From Patescibacteria group bacterium (lineage in GTDB: Bacteria > Patescibacteriota > UBA1384 > XYA2-FULL-43-10): DNA of 64,000 nucleotides. The stretch lies in contig JBAYVT010000005.1 in the NCBI GenBank assembly GCA_041674405.1, forward strand, positions 77,047-141,046. The letters run 5' to 3'. Below the pieces are notes generated by a model that made no database searches, was not told the DNA's origin, and saw only the letters and a program-made list of their open reading frames with translations. The position numbers were made by a program, and so were the translations under genes. The first letter of the stretch is position 1. Each line of letters begins with the position of its first letter. This document shows positions 45,060 through 55,430 of this stretch, piece after piece.

Positions 45060-46139
45060 TTAGTCCTTCATATCTTTTAATAGGAATTGAGAAATTTCAC
45101 AAAGCCCATCGTGTTTTATTGCTTTGCTACAATTTTGGCCAAGCGTTTGTAAATTTTTGTTATCTGACAATAAATATTCTATTCTATCCATCAAGGTTTT
45201 GCCATTTAAATTCTCTTCGCGCAGAAGAATAGCTGCATTTGCCCTTTCAAAAAATTTCGCATTTTTAAGCTGATGGTCAGCCGATGCATAGCGATATGGA
45301 ATCAAAATCGCTGCCTTAGATAGAGCAGCCAATTCACCAATCGTATTCGCTCCTGCTCGGCAAATTATAAGATCAGAAGAAATCATTGCTTTCTCTCCCT
45401 TTTGCATCGAGAAATCAAAAAAATAATACTCACCATCCCGGTTTTCCAATGTTTCATTAATTTTGACTGCTTTTTCGTAGCTATGTCTCCCGACCTGATG
45501 AACAATATCATACTTCTTAAGAAGACTCGGCAAAATTTCAAAAATTAAGTTATTCATGCTCACTGCACCCTGGCTTCCACCAGTAATAAAAATTTGCGGT
45601 TTAGCATTGTAGGAAGTCTTGCGTTTCGTGTTCGAAATAGACTTGCGAACTATTAAACCGGAATAAATCGCATTAGGGGGAAGTTTTTCAGAATATATCG
45701 AGAGTGGAAAACTTAAAAAAACTTTTGAGGCCCTGTTTAAAAACAGTTTATTGGTTAGGCCAATAATTGAATCTGATTCATGTAAAGAAAAGGGAATTCG
45801 AAGCAAATTTGCGTTTGACAACACTGGTAAGGCACAGAATCCACCCTTGGAAAATATACTTCTTGGCCTGAAATAAACGAGCAAAATAAAAGATTGAATA
45901 AAACCGACGATAAGCTTCAGCCCTTCCCAAAAGTTAATTAGCGAGAAACGTCGGTGCAATTTTCCCGATAAGATTTTAATACTTTTAGTGTTTTTAAAAA
46001 GTTCCAATTCGATTTTTGAACCAGAATGAAAAATTATTGGTTCCGCGCCATTCTCTCTCAACTCATCATATATTTCCAAAACTGGCAAGGCATGGCCTCC
46101 AGTACTTGAAGATATTAAAATTATTCGTTTTTTTCGCAT
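45060..46139 (-). CDS. murG: Undecaprenyldiphospho-muramoylpentapeptide beta-N-acetylglucosaminyltransferase
   Basis: 359 aa with the GT28 N-terminal G-loop (SSSTGGHALP). Confidence 0.8.
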   Translation of the reverse strand: MRKKRIILISSSTGGHALPVLEIYDELRENGAEPIIFHSGSKIELELFKNTKSIKILSGKLHRRFSLINFWEGLKLIVGFIQSFILLVYFRPRSIFSKGGFCALPVLSNANLLRIPFSLHESDSIIGLTNKLFLNRASKVFLSFPLSIYSEKLPPNAIYSGLIVRKSISNTKRKTSYNAKPQIFITGGSQGAVSMNNLIFEILPSLLKKYDIVHQVGRHSYEKAVKINETLENRDGEYYFFDFSMQKGEKAMISSDLIICRAGANTIGELAALSKAAILIPYRYASADHQLKNAKFFERANAAILLREENLNGKTLMDRIEYLLSDNKNLQTLGQNCSKAIKHDGLCEISQFLLKDMKD

Positions 46140-46141
46140 GC

Positions 46142-47245
46142 TTAAGCCTCTTTAGAGATGTTAACCAGTATACCTGTTGCCGCCATTAAAAACAATAAGG
46201 ACGAGCCTCCATAACTGATAAACGGAAGAGGAATTCCAGTAAGCGGAAGAATCGAAAGCATGGCACCGATATTGATGAATGCCTGCCAGAAAAACCATGT
46301 GGTAATTCCGATCGCCATTAAAGACGAAAATTTATCTGGAGCATTTTTAGCTATTTTATATCCGCGAAGTGCAACAAAACCAAAAATCAAAACAAATAAG
46401 GCACTGCGAAAAAAACCCAACTCCTCGGAAATGATTGCAAAAATAGAATCGGTATGGGCCTCGGGTAAATATAAATATTTCTGCCGGCTTTGCCCAAATC
46501 CCAAGCCAAACAATCCCCCAGATCCAACAGCAATTAGGGCGTTTCGAATGTGGTACCCAGCACCAGAAGCATCAGAGTTAGGATTGATAAATGCAGTCAG
46601 TCGTTCTAGCCGATATGGCTCAAGCTTAATTGCCAGATAGACCAACAAGGCTCCTATTCCACCGCCAAATGCAATATTTTGCAACGAAACACCAGACATA
46701 AAAAACATTGCAGCGGCAATTCCCAACATAACCGTAAGAGTTCCAAGATCCTTCTGGACCAACATGATTAAAGAAATTACAATCATCACAATAAAAAATG
46801 GAATAGTCAAAGAATCAATTTCAGAATCCTTCTTTTTGGAAAACCAGCTTGCCAAATAAATTATTAATGTTATTTTTGCCATTTCAGCCGGCTGGAAAGA
46901 AGCTGTACCCAAACCTATCCAACGCTGCGCAGTATTTCCTTCTGAAAATCCTACAAAAATCGGTAATAACAGAAGCCCAATGGTAACATACAACATATAT
47001 TTGCTATATTTTTCCCATACCCGGTAATCAATCGCCTGAAAAATTGTCCAGGTAATAAGGCCGAGTATAACAAACAGCACTTGCCTTGAAAGCCAATATT
47101 TGTCAGTAATGCCATTTGTGACCTGGAGAGAATAATATTTGGAAACAGAATAAATCATGATAAGCCCAAATAAAACCAAGGCAAAAATCACGATTGATAA
47201 CACATAATCAGATCTTTTTTTTCTGAAATTTACTCTGCTTTTCAT
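46142..47245 (-). CDS. ftsW: Cell division SEDS protein FtsW
   Basis: 367 aa polytopic protein lying between murD and murG. Confidence 0.8.
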   Translation of the reverse strand: MKSRVNFRKKRSDYVLSIVIFALVLFGLIMIYSVSKYYSLQVTNGITDKYWLSRQVLFVILGLITWTIFQAIDYRVWEKYSKYMLYVTIGLLLLPIFVGFSEGNTAQRWIGLGTASFQPAEMAKITLIIYLASWFSKKKDSEIDSLTIPFFIVMIVISLIMLVQKDLGTLTVMLGIAAAMFFMSGVSLQNIAFGGGIGALLVYLAIKLEPYRLERLTAFINPNSDASGAGYHIRNALIAVGSGGLFGLGFGQSRQKYLYLPEAHTDSIFAIISEELGFFRSALFVLIFGFVALRGYKIAKNAPDKFSSLMAIGITTWFFWQAFINIGAMLSILPLTGIPLPFISYGGSSLLFLMAATGILVNISKEA

Positions 47246-48720
47246 TTGGCTTGAGCTATCATTTCTTTAAATTTATTCCCTCGATCTTTATAGTTTTTGA
47301 ACATATCAAATGATGCGCATGCTGGTGAAAAAATGATTATGCTACCCGGTTTTGCGATTCTCAAAGATTCAAAAATTGCTTTTTTAAAATCATGATTCGC
47401 GCAAACAATTTCACCAGGAAAATTATATTTTTCAAGGCTATTTTTGATTTTTTTAGCTTCGTCTCCAATAAGTACAACCCCGGCAACGTTGCCATGAACA
47501 ATTTTTTCCGCAAGTTCATCAAAATTTGCTCCCTTGCTGCTGCCGCCTAAAATCAAAATTTTTTCTGAAGAAAAAGAATTTATGGCAGCCATTGTTGGAT
47601 CCGGATTAGTAGCAAAAGAGTCATTGTATATTTTTACACCATTGATTTCCCGAACAAATTCGAGTCTGTGGGGCAAAGGATCAAAATTTTTTACACCATC
47701 TCTTATTTCGTCAATGCTAGCGCCGGCAAGCATAGATGTAATAGAGGCAGCAGCCACATTTTCTAAATTGTGCCGACCGACTAATTTTATTTCATCAGAT
47801 CCGCAAATAATCTCTTCTTTGTCATCGATTCGTAATACAACCTCATACACATCATTTTGATCTTCTTTTGTTCGTAGTTTGGCATTTGGATTTTGCAGTT
47901 TTCTAATAAATGCGCCCTCATCCACCGAATTTTCACCTGAAAAATAGTACGTTTTTCCAGAAGTTAAGCTTGCAAACTCAAACGAAGTTAAATAATCCTG
48001 ATTAATAACAGCAAAGTCATTTTTGTTTTGAAATTTTACTATAGACTCTTTTGCTTCGTGATATTCATTTTCATCTTTGTGATAATCCAGATGGTCGATA
48101 GAAATATTTGTGATTACAGCTATATGTGGACTTAAATTTAAGTCTTGAAGCTGGAAACTTGAAAGCTCTAAAATTGCTGTATCTACTTCGGAAATTTCAT
48201 CAATTAATGAAATTGCCGGATGCCCAATATTTCCGGCAAAAAAAACTTTATTTATGTTTCCGGATTTTTGATCCCAAAGGGACTCCTTCGGGGTTTTCTT
48301 CTTTAATATATCGTATATCAAGGAAGCAGTGGTCCCCTTTCCCTTTGTCCCAGTTACTCCAATTATACTTGCCGGGCACAATTCAAAGAAAAGTTTAATC
48401 TGACTGGATATCTCGACGCCATTTGCTTTGGCTTCTTGAATTTCTGGGCTCAAATATGGAATCCCGGGAGAGCGGAATATGACATCAAAGCGTTTTAAAT
48501 TAAATAAATATTCTTTACCAAAAATTTTCGAAAAAGTTGGATTGTCAAGAATTTCAGAAATTCCAGGAAGGTCCTGATTCTTCCGAAGATCATCTTCTTC
48601 CTTCTGGTCAAGCAGGGTTACACTTTCACACTTATTGACAAGAAAAGCTGACAGGGCGACGCCCTCAATGCCCAAACCCAACACTGCCACCTTTTTGTCT
48701 TTAAAACGGAAGTTTTTCAT
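47242..48720 (-). CDS. murD: UDP-N-acetylmuramoylalanine--D-glutamate ligase
   Basis: 492 aa Mur ligase lying between mraY and ftsW. Confidence 0.8.
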   Translation of the reverse strand: MKNFRFKDKKVAVLGLGIEGVALSAFLVNKCESVTLLDQKEEDDLRKNQDLPGISEILDNPTFSKIFGKEYLFNLKRFDVIFRSPGIPYLSPEIQEAKANGVEISSQIKLFFELCPASIIGVTGTKGKGTTASLIYDILKKKTPKESLWDQKSGNINKVFFAGNIGHPAISLIDEISEVDTAILELSSFQLQDLNLSPHIAVITNISIDHLDYHKDENEYHEAKESIVKFQNKNDFAVINQDYLTSFEFASLTSGKTYYFSGENSVDEGAFIRKLQNPNAKLRTKEDQNDVYEVVLRIDDKEEIICGSDEIKLVGRHNLENVAAASITSMLAGASIDEIRDGVKNFDPLPHRLEFVREINGVKIYNDSFATNPDPTMAAINSFSSEKILILGGSSKGANFDELAEKIVHGNVAGVVLIGDEAKKIKNSLEKYNFPGEIVCANHDFKKAIFESLRIAKPGSIIIFSPACASFDMFKNYKDRGNKFKEMIAQAK

Positions 48721-48764
48721 AGTTCTATTTTATCTCAAATTCACTTTATATTTAAGAGTAAACG

Positions 48765-49781
48765 CTATTTTCCAGTTCCAAGAAGGGCAATGACCAAGCC
48801 GGCAATCGTTGAGACAGCTCCAATAATCCAAAAACGCATTGTGATCTTATATTCGGGCCACCCAATTGCTTCAAAATGATGGTGAATTGGCGATGATAAA
48901 AATATTTTTTTGCCATTGCGAAGCTTCTTCGATAAAAATTGGACAATAAAACTTAAGCCCTCAATTGTAAAAATGAGCGTAATAATGGGAAGAACTATGA
49001 CGGAATTAGTCAGAAAAGCAATTACGCCAAGGGTTAATCCTAGTGCCATCGAACCCGTGTCTCCCATAAAAAACCTCGCTGGTGGAATATTGAACCACAA
49101 GAATGCCAAGAGTGCACCCATCACTGTGCCGCAAAAGGCAGCCAACTCTACCTTACCTTGTGTTAGGGCAATGACAGCATAGGCAAAATACGCTAAAGCG
49201 AAAATGCCACCAGCCAGCCCATCCAGGCCGTCAGTTTCATTTGATGAAAATGCCATCCACACCAACGCAATGATAAAGAGAGGAATGTACCAGGCCCCAA
49301 TCACATAATCACCAAAACCGGGCACATGAATGCTGTCCCAGCCCAATTTTACATAAAACCACCAAGCGCCCGTTGCTGCAATTACCGCATATAATAAAAA
49401 TTTGTCTCTAAATCGCATACCACCACCATTTGGTCCTTGTCCTCGAATGTTCATAAGGTCATCAACAGCCCCCACTATTCCGGTAGCAACAAGACAAAAA
49501 AGTGGTAACCAGGTTGCCGATCTTTCAAGATTAAAAATTAGGGTAAGAAGTGCCGTAGTTACCCAAATCAAAATTCCTCCCATTGTAGGAGTTCCGGCCT
49601 TTTTGGCGTGGAGCGAAGCCATAATTGGCGCATTCTTACTTTCTCGAATTCTTTTTCCGAGGTTATTTTTATACAAAAAATTTGTAAAAACCGGTGTCCA
49701 GGCTACCGCAATCAAAAAAGAGATCACCGATAACCATAGAAGACGAGTGAGGTCCGGAATAAAAATTTTGATAATTTCCAT
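48765..49781 (-). CDS. mraY: Phospho-N-acetylmuramoyl-pentapeptide transferase
   Basis: 338 aa polytopic protein with the MraY/WecA family motifs. Confidence 0.85.
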   Translation of the reverse strand: MEIIKIFIPDLTRLLWLSVISFLIAVAWTPVFTNFLYKNNLGKRIRESKNAPIMASLHAKKAGTPTMGGILIWVTTALLTLIFNLERSATWLPLFCLVATGIVGAVDDLMNIRGQGPNGGGMRFRDKFLLYAVIAATGAWWFYVKLGWDSIHVPGFGDYVIGAWYIPLFIIALVWMAFSSNETDGLDGLAGGIFALAYFAYAVIALTQGKVELAAFCGTVMGALLAFLWFNIPPARFFMGDTGSMALGLTLGVIAFLTNSVIVLPIITLIFTIEGLSFIVQFLSKKLRNGKKIFLSSPIHHHFEAIGWPEYKITMRFWIIGAVSTIAGLVIALLGTGK

Positions 49782-49837
49782 ATGTGATTCTCCTTTACCG
49801 ATCCAATATATCAGAGGAACTAATCTTATGGAAGGGG

Positions 49838-51562
49838 TTAGTTCGAAGGTTTATTGGGCACTAGTTTATAATAATAATTTACTAAAAAATTTCCAATTTG
49901 CCCCCAAACCGGTGCCGAGGTTGACTCTGCATATGTCGCGGCTTTGGGTTTATCTAGCTTAACCAACATTACAAATCTCGGATCGTTTGCAGGAGCAAAA
50001 CCCATGAATGAATGGTTGAAAATTCCCTCTTCATACCCCCCTTCTGGCTTAGGAACTTGGGCAGTTCCTGTTTTGACAGCAATTTCAACCCCGGGAATAG
50101 CTGCCTTTTGATCATGCCCTGTGGCAAAAACCGATTTTAACATTTCCGTCACTTGTGCTGCGGTTTCAGTTTTTACAACCTGCTTTCCTTCTGTTTTCTG
50201 AATCTGAGTTTCAGTGCCATCAGAATTAAGTATTTTATCAACAACATGCGGGTAAATATATTTGCCCTTGTTGGCAATCGCAGTGTAGGCACAAACCATT
50301 TCAAGCGGAGTTACAGAAACACCCTGGCCAAATGCAATAGTTGCCCGGTTAATATCCTGCCATTGCTTGAAAGGCGGGACAGAGCCTTCAACTTCCCCGT
50401 CAAGGTCTATGTTTGTTTTATTCAAAATATTAAATTCATTTAAATATTTATAAATATTATCTTTACCTTCTTTTTCAGAAACCCACGCCATACCAATGTT
50501 ATCTGAATTTTGAATGATCTGAGACATATTTTCTGTACCAAACGCTTTCCCCTCCGCTGTATGAATTGTATATCCGCCAATCTCGACCTCGGATCCAAAA
50601 GTTTCTGTTGTGTCGGGAGTAACCGCACCGCTATCAAGCGCGCCTGCCATCGTGATCGGTTTCATAATGCTGCCAGGTTCATAGAGCCCGGAAATTGCCG
50701 GGTTCATAAAAATATTTGAATTGTCTTTTGCTACTATTCGATATTGGTTCGGATCATAACCGGGTTCATTTGCCATGGCCACAATCCCGCCCGTCTTAAC
50801 ATCCATTATTATAATTGTTCCTGAATCGGCTTGATATTTAGTGAGTGACTCTCTGAGCGTCCGCTCAACATAATACTGCACAGACCGATCTATAGTAAGG
50901 ACATAACTGGTTCCATCCTTCGGATCCTTTTGTTCAAGAAGATTAATCACTCTCCCTAACGTGTCTTTTTCTCCAATGGTCTGCCCTGATGTTCCTTGCA
51001 GCTCTTTATCATAATGCCCCTCAAACCCATAATTTCCTTTTCCCTCAGCATTCACAAAACCAAGAAGCTGAGACGCCAAGGTTAATTCAGGATAATAACG
51101 GCTATATTCCGGCATAATAAAGACTCCGGAAAATTTTTTAGCCTTTATCTGATCCGAAAGTTCGTAACTCATACCCTTTTTAATTGGAGGAACGTACAAT
51201 TTATCGTTATTGATCTCATCAAAAATTGTTTTACTATCCACCCCGACCAGAGCACTGAGCTCATCCGCAGTTTTTTCCTTATCTATCACTTGTTTAGGCA
51301 CAACCCAAAGGGAAAAAGATTTTACATCAAAAGCCAGCGGATAAAGAGAATCCTCTCCTCCGATTGAGTCGTGAACATAGATTCTTCCGCGTTGTGCGAT
51401 ATCAGTCGTCTCAAAACGTTGTTGGCCTTCTGCGAGTGCAATATATTCGCTGTGTTGCAAAATTTGTTTTTCAAACATCCGCCACAAAATCACCGCTACC
51501 ATAATTACCGCGAGTACGCTAATAACTTTAAAGCGGTTTATCAATTTATTTTGTGAATTCAT
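49838..51562 (-). CDS. ftsI: Class B penicillin-binding protein (FtsI/PBP2-like transpeptidase)
   Basis: 574 aa with an N-terminal TM helix and a dimerisation domain, plus the transpeptidase SxxK, SxN and KTG motifs. Confidence 0.85.
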   Translation of the reverse strand: MNSQNKLINRFKVISVLAVIMVAVILWRMFEKQILQHSEYIALAEGQQRFETTDIAQRGRIYVHDSIGGEDSLYPLAFDVKSFSLWVVPKQVIDKEKTADELSALVGVDSKTIFDEINNDKLYVPPIKKGMSYELSDQIKAKKFSGVFIMPEYSRYYPELTLASQLLGFVNAEGKGNYGFEGHYDKELQGTSGQTIGEKDTLGRVINLLEQKDPKDGTSYVLTIDRSVQYYVERTLRESLTKYQADSGTIIIMDVKTGGIVAMANEPGYDPNQYRIVAKDNSNIFMNPAISGLYEPGSIMKPITMAGALDSGAVTPDTTETFGSEVEIGGYTIHTAEGKAFGTENMSQIIQNSDNIGMAWVSEKEGKDNIYKYLNEFNILNKTNIDLDGEVEGSVPPFKQWQDINRATIAFGQGVSVTPLEMVCAYTAIANKGKYIYPHVVDKILNSDGTETQIQKTEGKQVVKTETAAQVTEMLKSVFATGHDQKAAIPGVEIAVKTGTAQVPKPEGGYEEGIFNHSFMGFAPANDPRFVMLVKLDKPKAATYAESTSAPVWGQIGNFLVNYYYKLVPNKPSN

Positions 51563-51563
51563 A

Positions 51564-52028
51564 TTATCTAAGAGCCACTGCCCTGTTTGCTTCGTTCAAA
51601 TAATCAACACTGGTTACCGGGGTCATTGGCTGTTTTTCAATATTCGCATCGATTTGATTCAATGAATTCAGCCTGGCTTTTTCAACCTCCAGCTGTTCTT
51701 TTTGGAGTTCTAGGTCAGTTGATTTGCTAGTAAGATCACGAATCTCAATACTCCTGTTTGCCCCAGCCGTTGATTGGGTCAAATATACTATTGCAAGGAT
51801 GGCAAAAATAGCAATACTGATAAATTTTATAGCTGTAGAACCGATTTTTATTTCTTTTTTAATCGCTCTCTTTTTGACACCAACACTGGTCTCACGGCTA
51901 CCTGTGATAGTTAAAATTCTGCCCACGAAATCTCCTTTTGTTTTGGATTTTAATTTTTTAGTCAGCAGCCAAATTTTTGTTTTTGATAGTATCGCTTTTG
52001 AAATTTCGCTGTTTGTTTGAAAATCCAC
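51564..52028 (-). CDS. FtsL-like bitopic cell-division protein
   Basis: 154 aa with a TM helix followed by a coiled-coil, in the position between mraZ and ftsI. Confidence 0.45.
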   Translation of the reverse strand: MDFQTNSEISKAILSKTKIWLLTKKLKSKTKGDFVGRILTITGSRETSVGVKKRAIKKEIKIGSTAIKFISIAIFAILAIVYLTQSTAGANRSIEIRDLTSKSTDLELQKEQLEVEKARLNSLNQIDANIEKQPMTPVTSVDYLNEANRAVALR

Positions 52029-52127
52029 TTTAGATCGTGGAGATCATGCCTTTGCCCCTCCTTTGTCCTCCTCCGTATCCCAAACGAGAACGGGCGTAAG
52101 CTTTTTTGGTGGCTGCTGACTAAAAAC

Positions 52128-52559
52128 TTAAAATCCAATTTCGGAAAGATTTTCGGCAATATCATCCGAATTATCTTCCATTTCTTTTTTAAAGTTCTTC
52201 CAAGTATCTTCTGGCCATACTTCGATTCTGTTAAACACTCCCGCAACAACGGCTTTAGTCTTGATCCCAGCATATTCCTTGAGGTATCCCGGGAGAATAA
52301 TTCTGCCGGCGCGATCCAGTTTTGAATCTGTAGCTCCGGAAAGCATGAGCCTTGAAAAGCTTCGGGCATTTTTTTGTGTGAGCGGTAATTCTGCGATCTT
52401 ACCCGCCAACTTTTCCCACTCGGCGATGGAATATATCCACAGGCAATGATCTAAGCCACGAGTAACCACGCACCCCTCCGAAAGCGATGCACGAAATTTG
52501 GCCGGTATTGAGAGCCTGCCTTTTTCATCAATCGAGTGTGTGAATTCGCCAATGAACAT
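52128..52559 (-). CDS. mraZ: Transcriptional regulator MraZ
   Basis: 143 aa. MFIGEFTHSIDEKGRLSIPAKFR... shows the duplicated MraZ fold, and it is the first gene of the dcw cluster. Confidence 0.85.
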   Translation of the reverse strand: MFIGEFTHSIDEKGRLSIPAKFRASLSEGCVVTRGLDHCLWIYSIAEWEKLAGKIAELPLTQKNARSFSRLMLSGATDSKLDRAGRIILPGYLKEYAGIKTKAVVAGVFNRIEVWPEDTWKNFKKEMEDNSDDIAENLSEIGF

Positions 52560-52762
52560 GTTAGAAAATTTCCAATGATTAAAAGCTGAAAGCTACAAGC
52601 TGACAGCTGATTTTCGTTGACACGAAAACCAAGGCCCTCTCTTTGCCTGTAGGTTGTGAAGTTGCATTTTTGTTTACCTCGAGAGACTTTGTCTCGAGAG
52701 GTTGAATTTTTGTTTTTTGATATTTTCTGTGAGCTTTTGTGGAATGCTTCTGTGATCGATTA

Positions 52763-52791
52763 CTCCCACTTTTTCCCACTTGTTCCCATTT
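52763..52791 (-). promoter_or_regulatory. Putative MraZ operator: three direct GTGGGA/TGGGA repeats with 10-11 nt periodicity
   Basis: Minus sense: aTGGGAacaaGTGGGAaaaaGTGGGAgta, about 205-230 nt upstream of the mraZ ATG. Confidence 0.5.
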
Positions 52792-52982
52792 TAGTCCGAT
52801 ATATATTGCTGGTCAATATAAAAAGCCCACAAATTTCCAAAAATCTGTGGATAATATATGCTACGAGCTAATTCATTAGTCTGGATTTATATTTTTAAAA
52901 AAGATTCTATTACCGGAATATTATCTTCAATTAAAAAATTATCAAATTTTTACTTACAATTTTGACTTTTGAGTTTGAGAAA

Positions 52983-54341
52983 CTATTTTAATTTTCCGCA
53001 AATATGTTCTGTAACTTTATCAATGGCGACCCGCTCCTGTTTCATTGTGTCGCGATCGCGAATTGTGACTGAATTGTCTTTTAAGGAATCAAAATCAACC
53101 GTCACGCACCAAGGGGTCCCGATCTCATCCTGCCTTCTATACCTTCGACCAACCGAGCCTGATTCGTCATAAAACACATTGAGCCCTGCGGCCTTAAGCT
53201 CATCCGATATCTTCTTGGCAACCTCTGGAAGCCCCTCTTTCTTCATGAGTGGGAAAACGGCAACTTTCACCGGTGCTAGCTTGGGGTGCAAACGTAGGGT
53301 CACCTCGCCGGATTCGCGGCCATCCGATCCATCGGATTCATCATAGGCATCACAAAGGAAGGCGAGCAGTGCCCGGTCAATTCCCATCGAAGGCTCAACT
53401 ACATACGGAATGAAGCGTTTGCCGCCTTGTTCATCGAAATACGAAAGATCTGTGCCTGAGAACTTTGTGTGTTGTGAAAGATCGAAATCAGTTCGCTGGG
53501 CAATCCCGGCAAGCTCAGATTGGCCAAACGGATATTTATATTCGATATCAGACGTGCCGATCGAGTAATGCGACAGCTTCTCCTTCGGGTGTTCGTATAT
53601 AGCTAAATTGTCCTCTTTGATGCCGAGATCGGTGTAGAAATGTTTTACCGCATCGATCCAGGTAGTGTACCACTTTTTAGATTCCTCTTTGTCAGGCGTG
53701 ATGAAATACTCTATTTCAGCCTGCTCGAACTCACGCGTACGGAAAATATAGTTGCCAGGCGTGATTTCGTTCCTAAAAGCCTTTCCGATCTGGGCGATAC
53801 CGAATGGGATTTTTTTTCTCGACGATTCAGTCACGTTTTTGAAGTTGACGAATATACCCTGGGCAGTCTCACCACGCAGATATGTGAGGGTAGAGCTGTC
53901 TTCTACAGGACCCAGGAATGTCTTTACGAGAATATTGAAACTCTTCTCCTCTGTAAGCTCGCCGCCGCAATCCGGGCAAACGTCTTTCTCGAGCTGATCG
54001 GCTCGGAATCTGTGATGGCACTTTTTGCACTCACGAAGAGGATCGGTGAAGCCTGATCCTGTGTGACCAGAAGCCTCCCAAACCTTCGCATTCATGATTA
54101 TACCTGCATCGAGACCGACCATATCTTCGCGTGAAGTGACAAATTTCCTCCACCATTCGTCTTTCAGATTCCGCTTCATCTCCACGCCCAAGGGGCCAAA
54201 GTCGTACACTCCGCCGATTCCGCCATATATCTCGGAAGATTGGAATATAAATCCCCTTCTCTTGCAGAGCGAAATGATCTTATCCATTTTATCTCGAGAA
54301 GCGTCAGCGACGAGAGACGATTCCATATTTTCTTTGGCCAT
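52983..54341 (-). CDS. glyQS: Glycine--tRNA ligase (alpha2 type)
   Basis: 452 aa. The N-terminus ...IISLCKRRGFIFQSSEIYGGIGGVYDFGPLG is the GlyQS signature. Confidence 0.85.
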   Translation of the reverse strand: MAKENMESSLVADASRDKMDKIISLCKRRGFIFQSSEIYGGIGGVYDFGPLGVEMKRNLKDEWWRKFVTSREDMVGLDAGIIMNAKVWEASGHTGSGFTDPLRECKKCHHRFRADQLEKDVCPDCGGELTEEKSFNILVKTFLGPVEDSSTLTYLRGETAQGIFVNFKNVTESSRKKIPFGIAQIGKAFRNEITPGNYIFRTREFEQAEIEYFITPDKEESKKWYTTWIDAVKHFYTDLGIKEDNLAIYEHPKEKLSHYSIGTSDIEYKYPFGQSELAGIAQRTDFDLSQHTKFSGTDLSYFDEQGGKRFIPYVVEPSMGIDRALLAFLCDAYDESDGSDGRESGEVTLRLHPKLAPVKVAVFPLMKKEGLPEVAKKISDELKAAGLNVFYDESGSVGRRYRRQDEIGTPWCVTVDFDSLKDNSVTIRDRDTMKQERVAIDKVTEHICGKLK

Positions 54342-54493
54342 TTTAGGTCCTTTTGCTATTTCTAGATTCAGAATATCATTTTATTGCCAAATTCACAATC
54401 TATAGCTATTTACCTTGACTATTTGCCGGTTTTATGATATCGTGCTTACGCACCCATAGGGTGACTACTGAATTGCCAAGGAGGCAAACCGCT

Positions 54494-55378
54494 ATGCCAG
54501 TTAAAACGTCGCACCTCAGAACCCCGTACGTCAGGCAGTTTCTCCAAGCGTTCGACATGGACCTCGGGTTACTAGATGACCTCGAGGCACTCGTCGAAGC
54601 CTGCTCGAGCCGCAACAAGCGCTTCGAGAGGGGCATGGACAAGGTCCGCTTCGAGTTCGAGCGGGACCAGTCCAAGTGGAATCAGTCCCAGTTGGATGCT
54701 ATCTTCACGCTCTCCGAGCGTTGGAGAATGCGCCATGGGGAGACTCCCTTCAAGGAAGGGTCTTCCTACGACTTGATCGTTACTATGGGCGGAGCCAGAC
54801 TCTCTCCGTGGCAGCGCGGTGCCTATGCCGCCTTGGCAATGTCCGAGGGTCGTGTGAAGGCTAGTACCTTGGTCATCGGCGGATCCAAACGGCACCTGCC
54901 GATGGCAGAGCTTCCGTTCATCACCGACTACGTCGATGTTGAGCGGCTGGTGTCCGAACGCAACCACCAGACCTTCTTGGTCGGCGGCGAAGAGAAATCG
55001 TGCATCACTGAGCATGACCTCTGCCTGGCCGCAGAAGCCAAGCTCGTGAAGGCTCATCCCGATCTCCACATCGTCACGATCTGCGTAGACATGGAGAGGG
55101 CGGGCAACCACGATGTCATCGCTGAGGTCATGAACCACAAGGAGCTCTTCCACTCCGACCGCGCACTATCCGTGGCTGGTGTGTCCACTCAGCTCTACGC
55201 GACCGGCCTGGACGCTGACCTCTGGCTGGACGCCGACACGCATGACTGGCGATACTACTCCGCAATCGGCCACCCGGTCGACCCGATCTACTCCGACCGC
55301 CGCACTCCGACCGTGTACTTCAACGAAATTCAGACGACCATGTGCAAGAAGGCACTGGCCGAGCTCAAGGGCTACTAG
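54494..55378 (+). CDS. High-GC orphan DUF218/YdcF(SanA)-like protein
   Basis: Start preferred at MPVKTSHL, preceded by CCAAGGAGGCaaaccgctATG. The ...DLIVTMGGARLSPWQRGAYAALAMSEGRVKASTLVIGGS...EEKSCITEHDLC... pattern resembles the DUF218 core. GC is far above the flanks. Confidence 0.5.
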   Translation: MPVKTSHLRTPYVRQFLQAFDMDLGLLDDLEALVEACSSRNKRFERGMDKVRFEFERDQSKWNQSQLDAIFTLSERWRMRHGETPFKEGSSYDLIVTMGGARLSPWQRGAYAALAMSEGRVKASTLVIGGSKRHLPMAELPFITDYVDVERLVSERNHQTFLVGGEEKSCITEHDLCLAAEAKLVKAHPDLHIVTICVDMERAGNHDVIAEVMNHKELFHSDRALSVAGVSTQLYATGLDADLWLDADTHDWRYYSAIGHPVDPIYSDRRTPTVYFNEIQTTMCKKALAELKGY

Positions 55379-55430
55379 CCCACAACTTACTGAGATCCGC
55401 CTAGTGGCGGATAATGACTCTACCGCCGCA

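Noticed and set aside
49402-49962. 186-aa plus-strand ORF overlapping the mraY/ftsI junction
   Set aside because: It is antisense to two conserved dcw genes and has no recognisable features.
51962-52369. 135-aa minus-strand ORF between the ftsL-like gene and mraZ (candidate rsmH position)
   Set aside because: It overlaps mraZ in another frame, is far too short for RsmH and has no SAM-binding motif.
52846-52854. Perfect DnaA box (TGTGGATAA = TTATCCACA) upstream of the dcw cluster as a possible oriC
   Set aside because: It is a single box with no cluster of further boxes, no AT-rich DUE array and no dnaA/dnaN nearby.
54572-55153. 193-aa minus-strand ORF antisense to the high-GC DUF218-like gene
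   Set aside because: It has no SD and a low-complexity composition. The plus-strand ORF has a perfect SD and a recognisable domain pattern.
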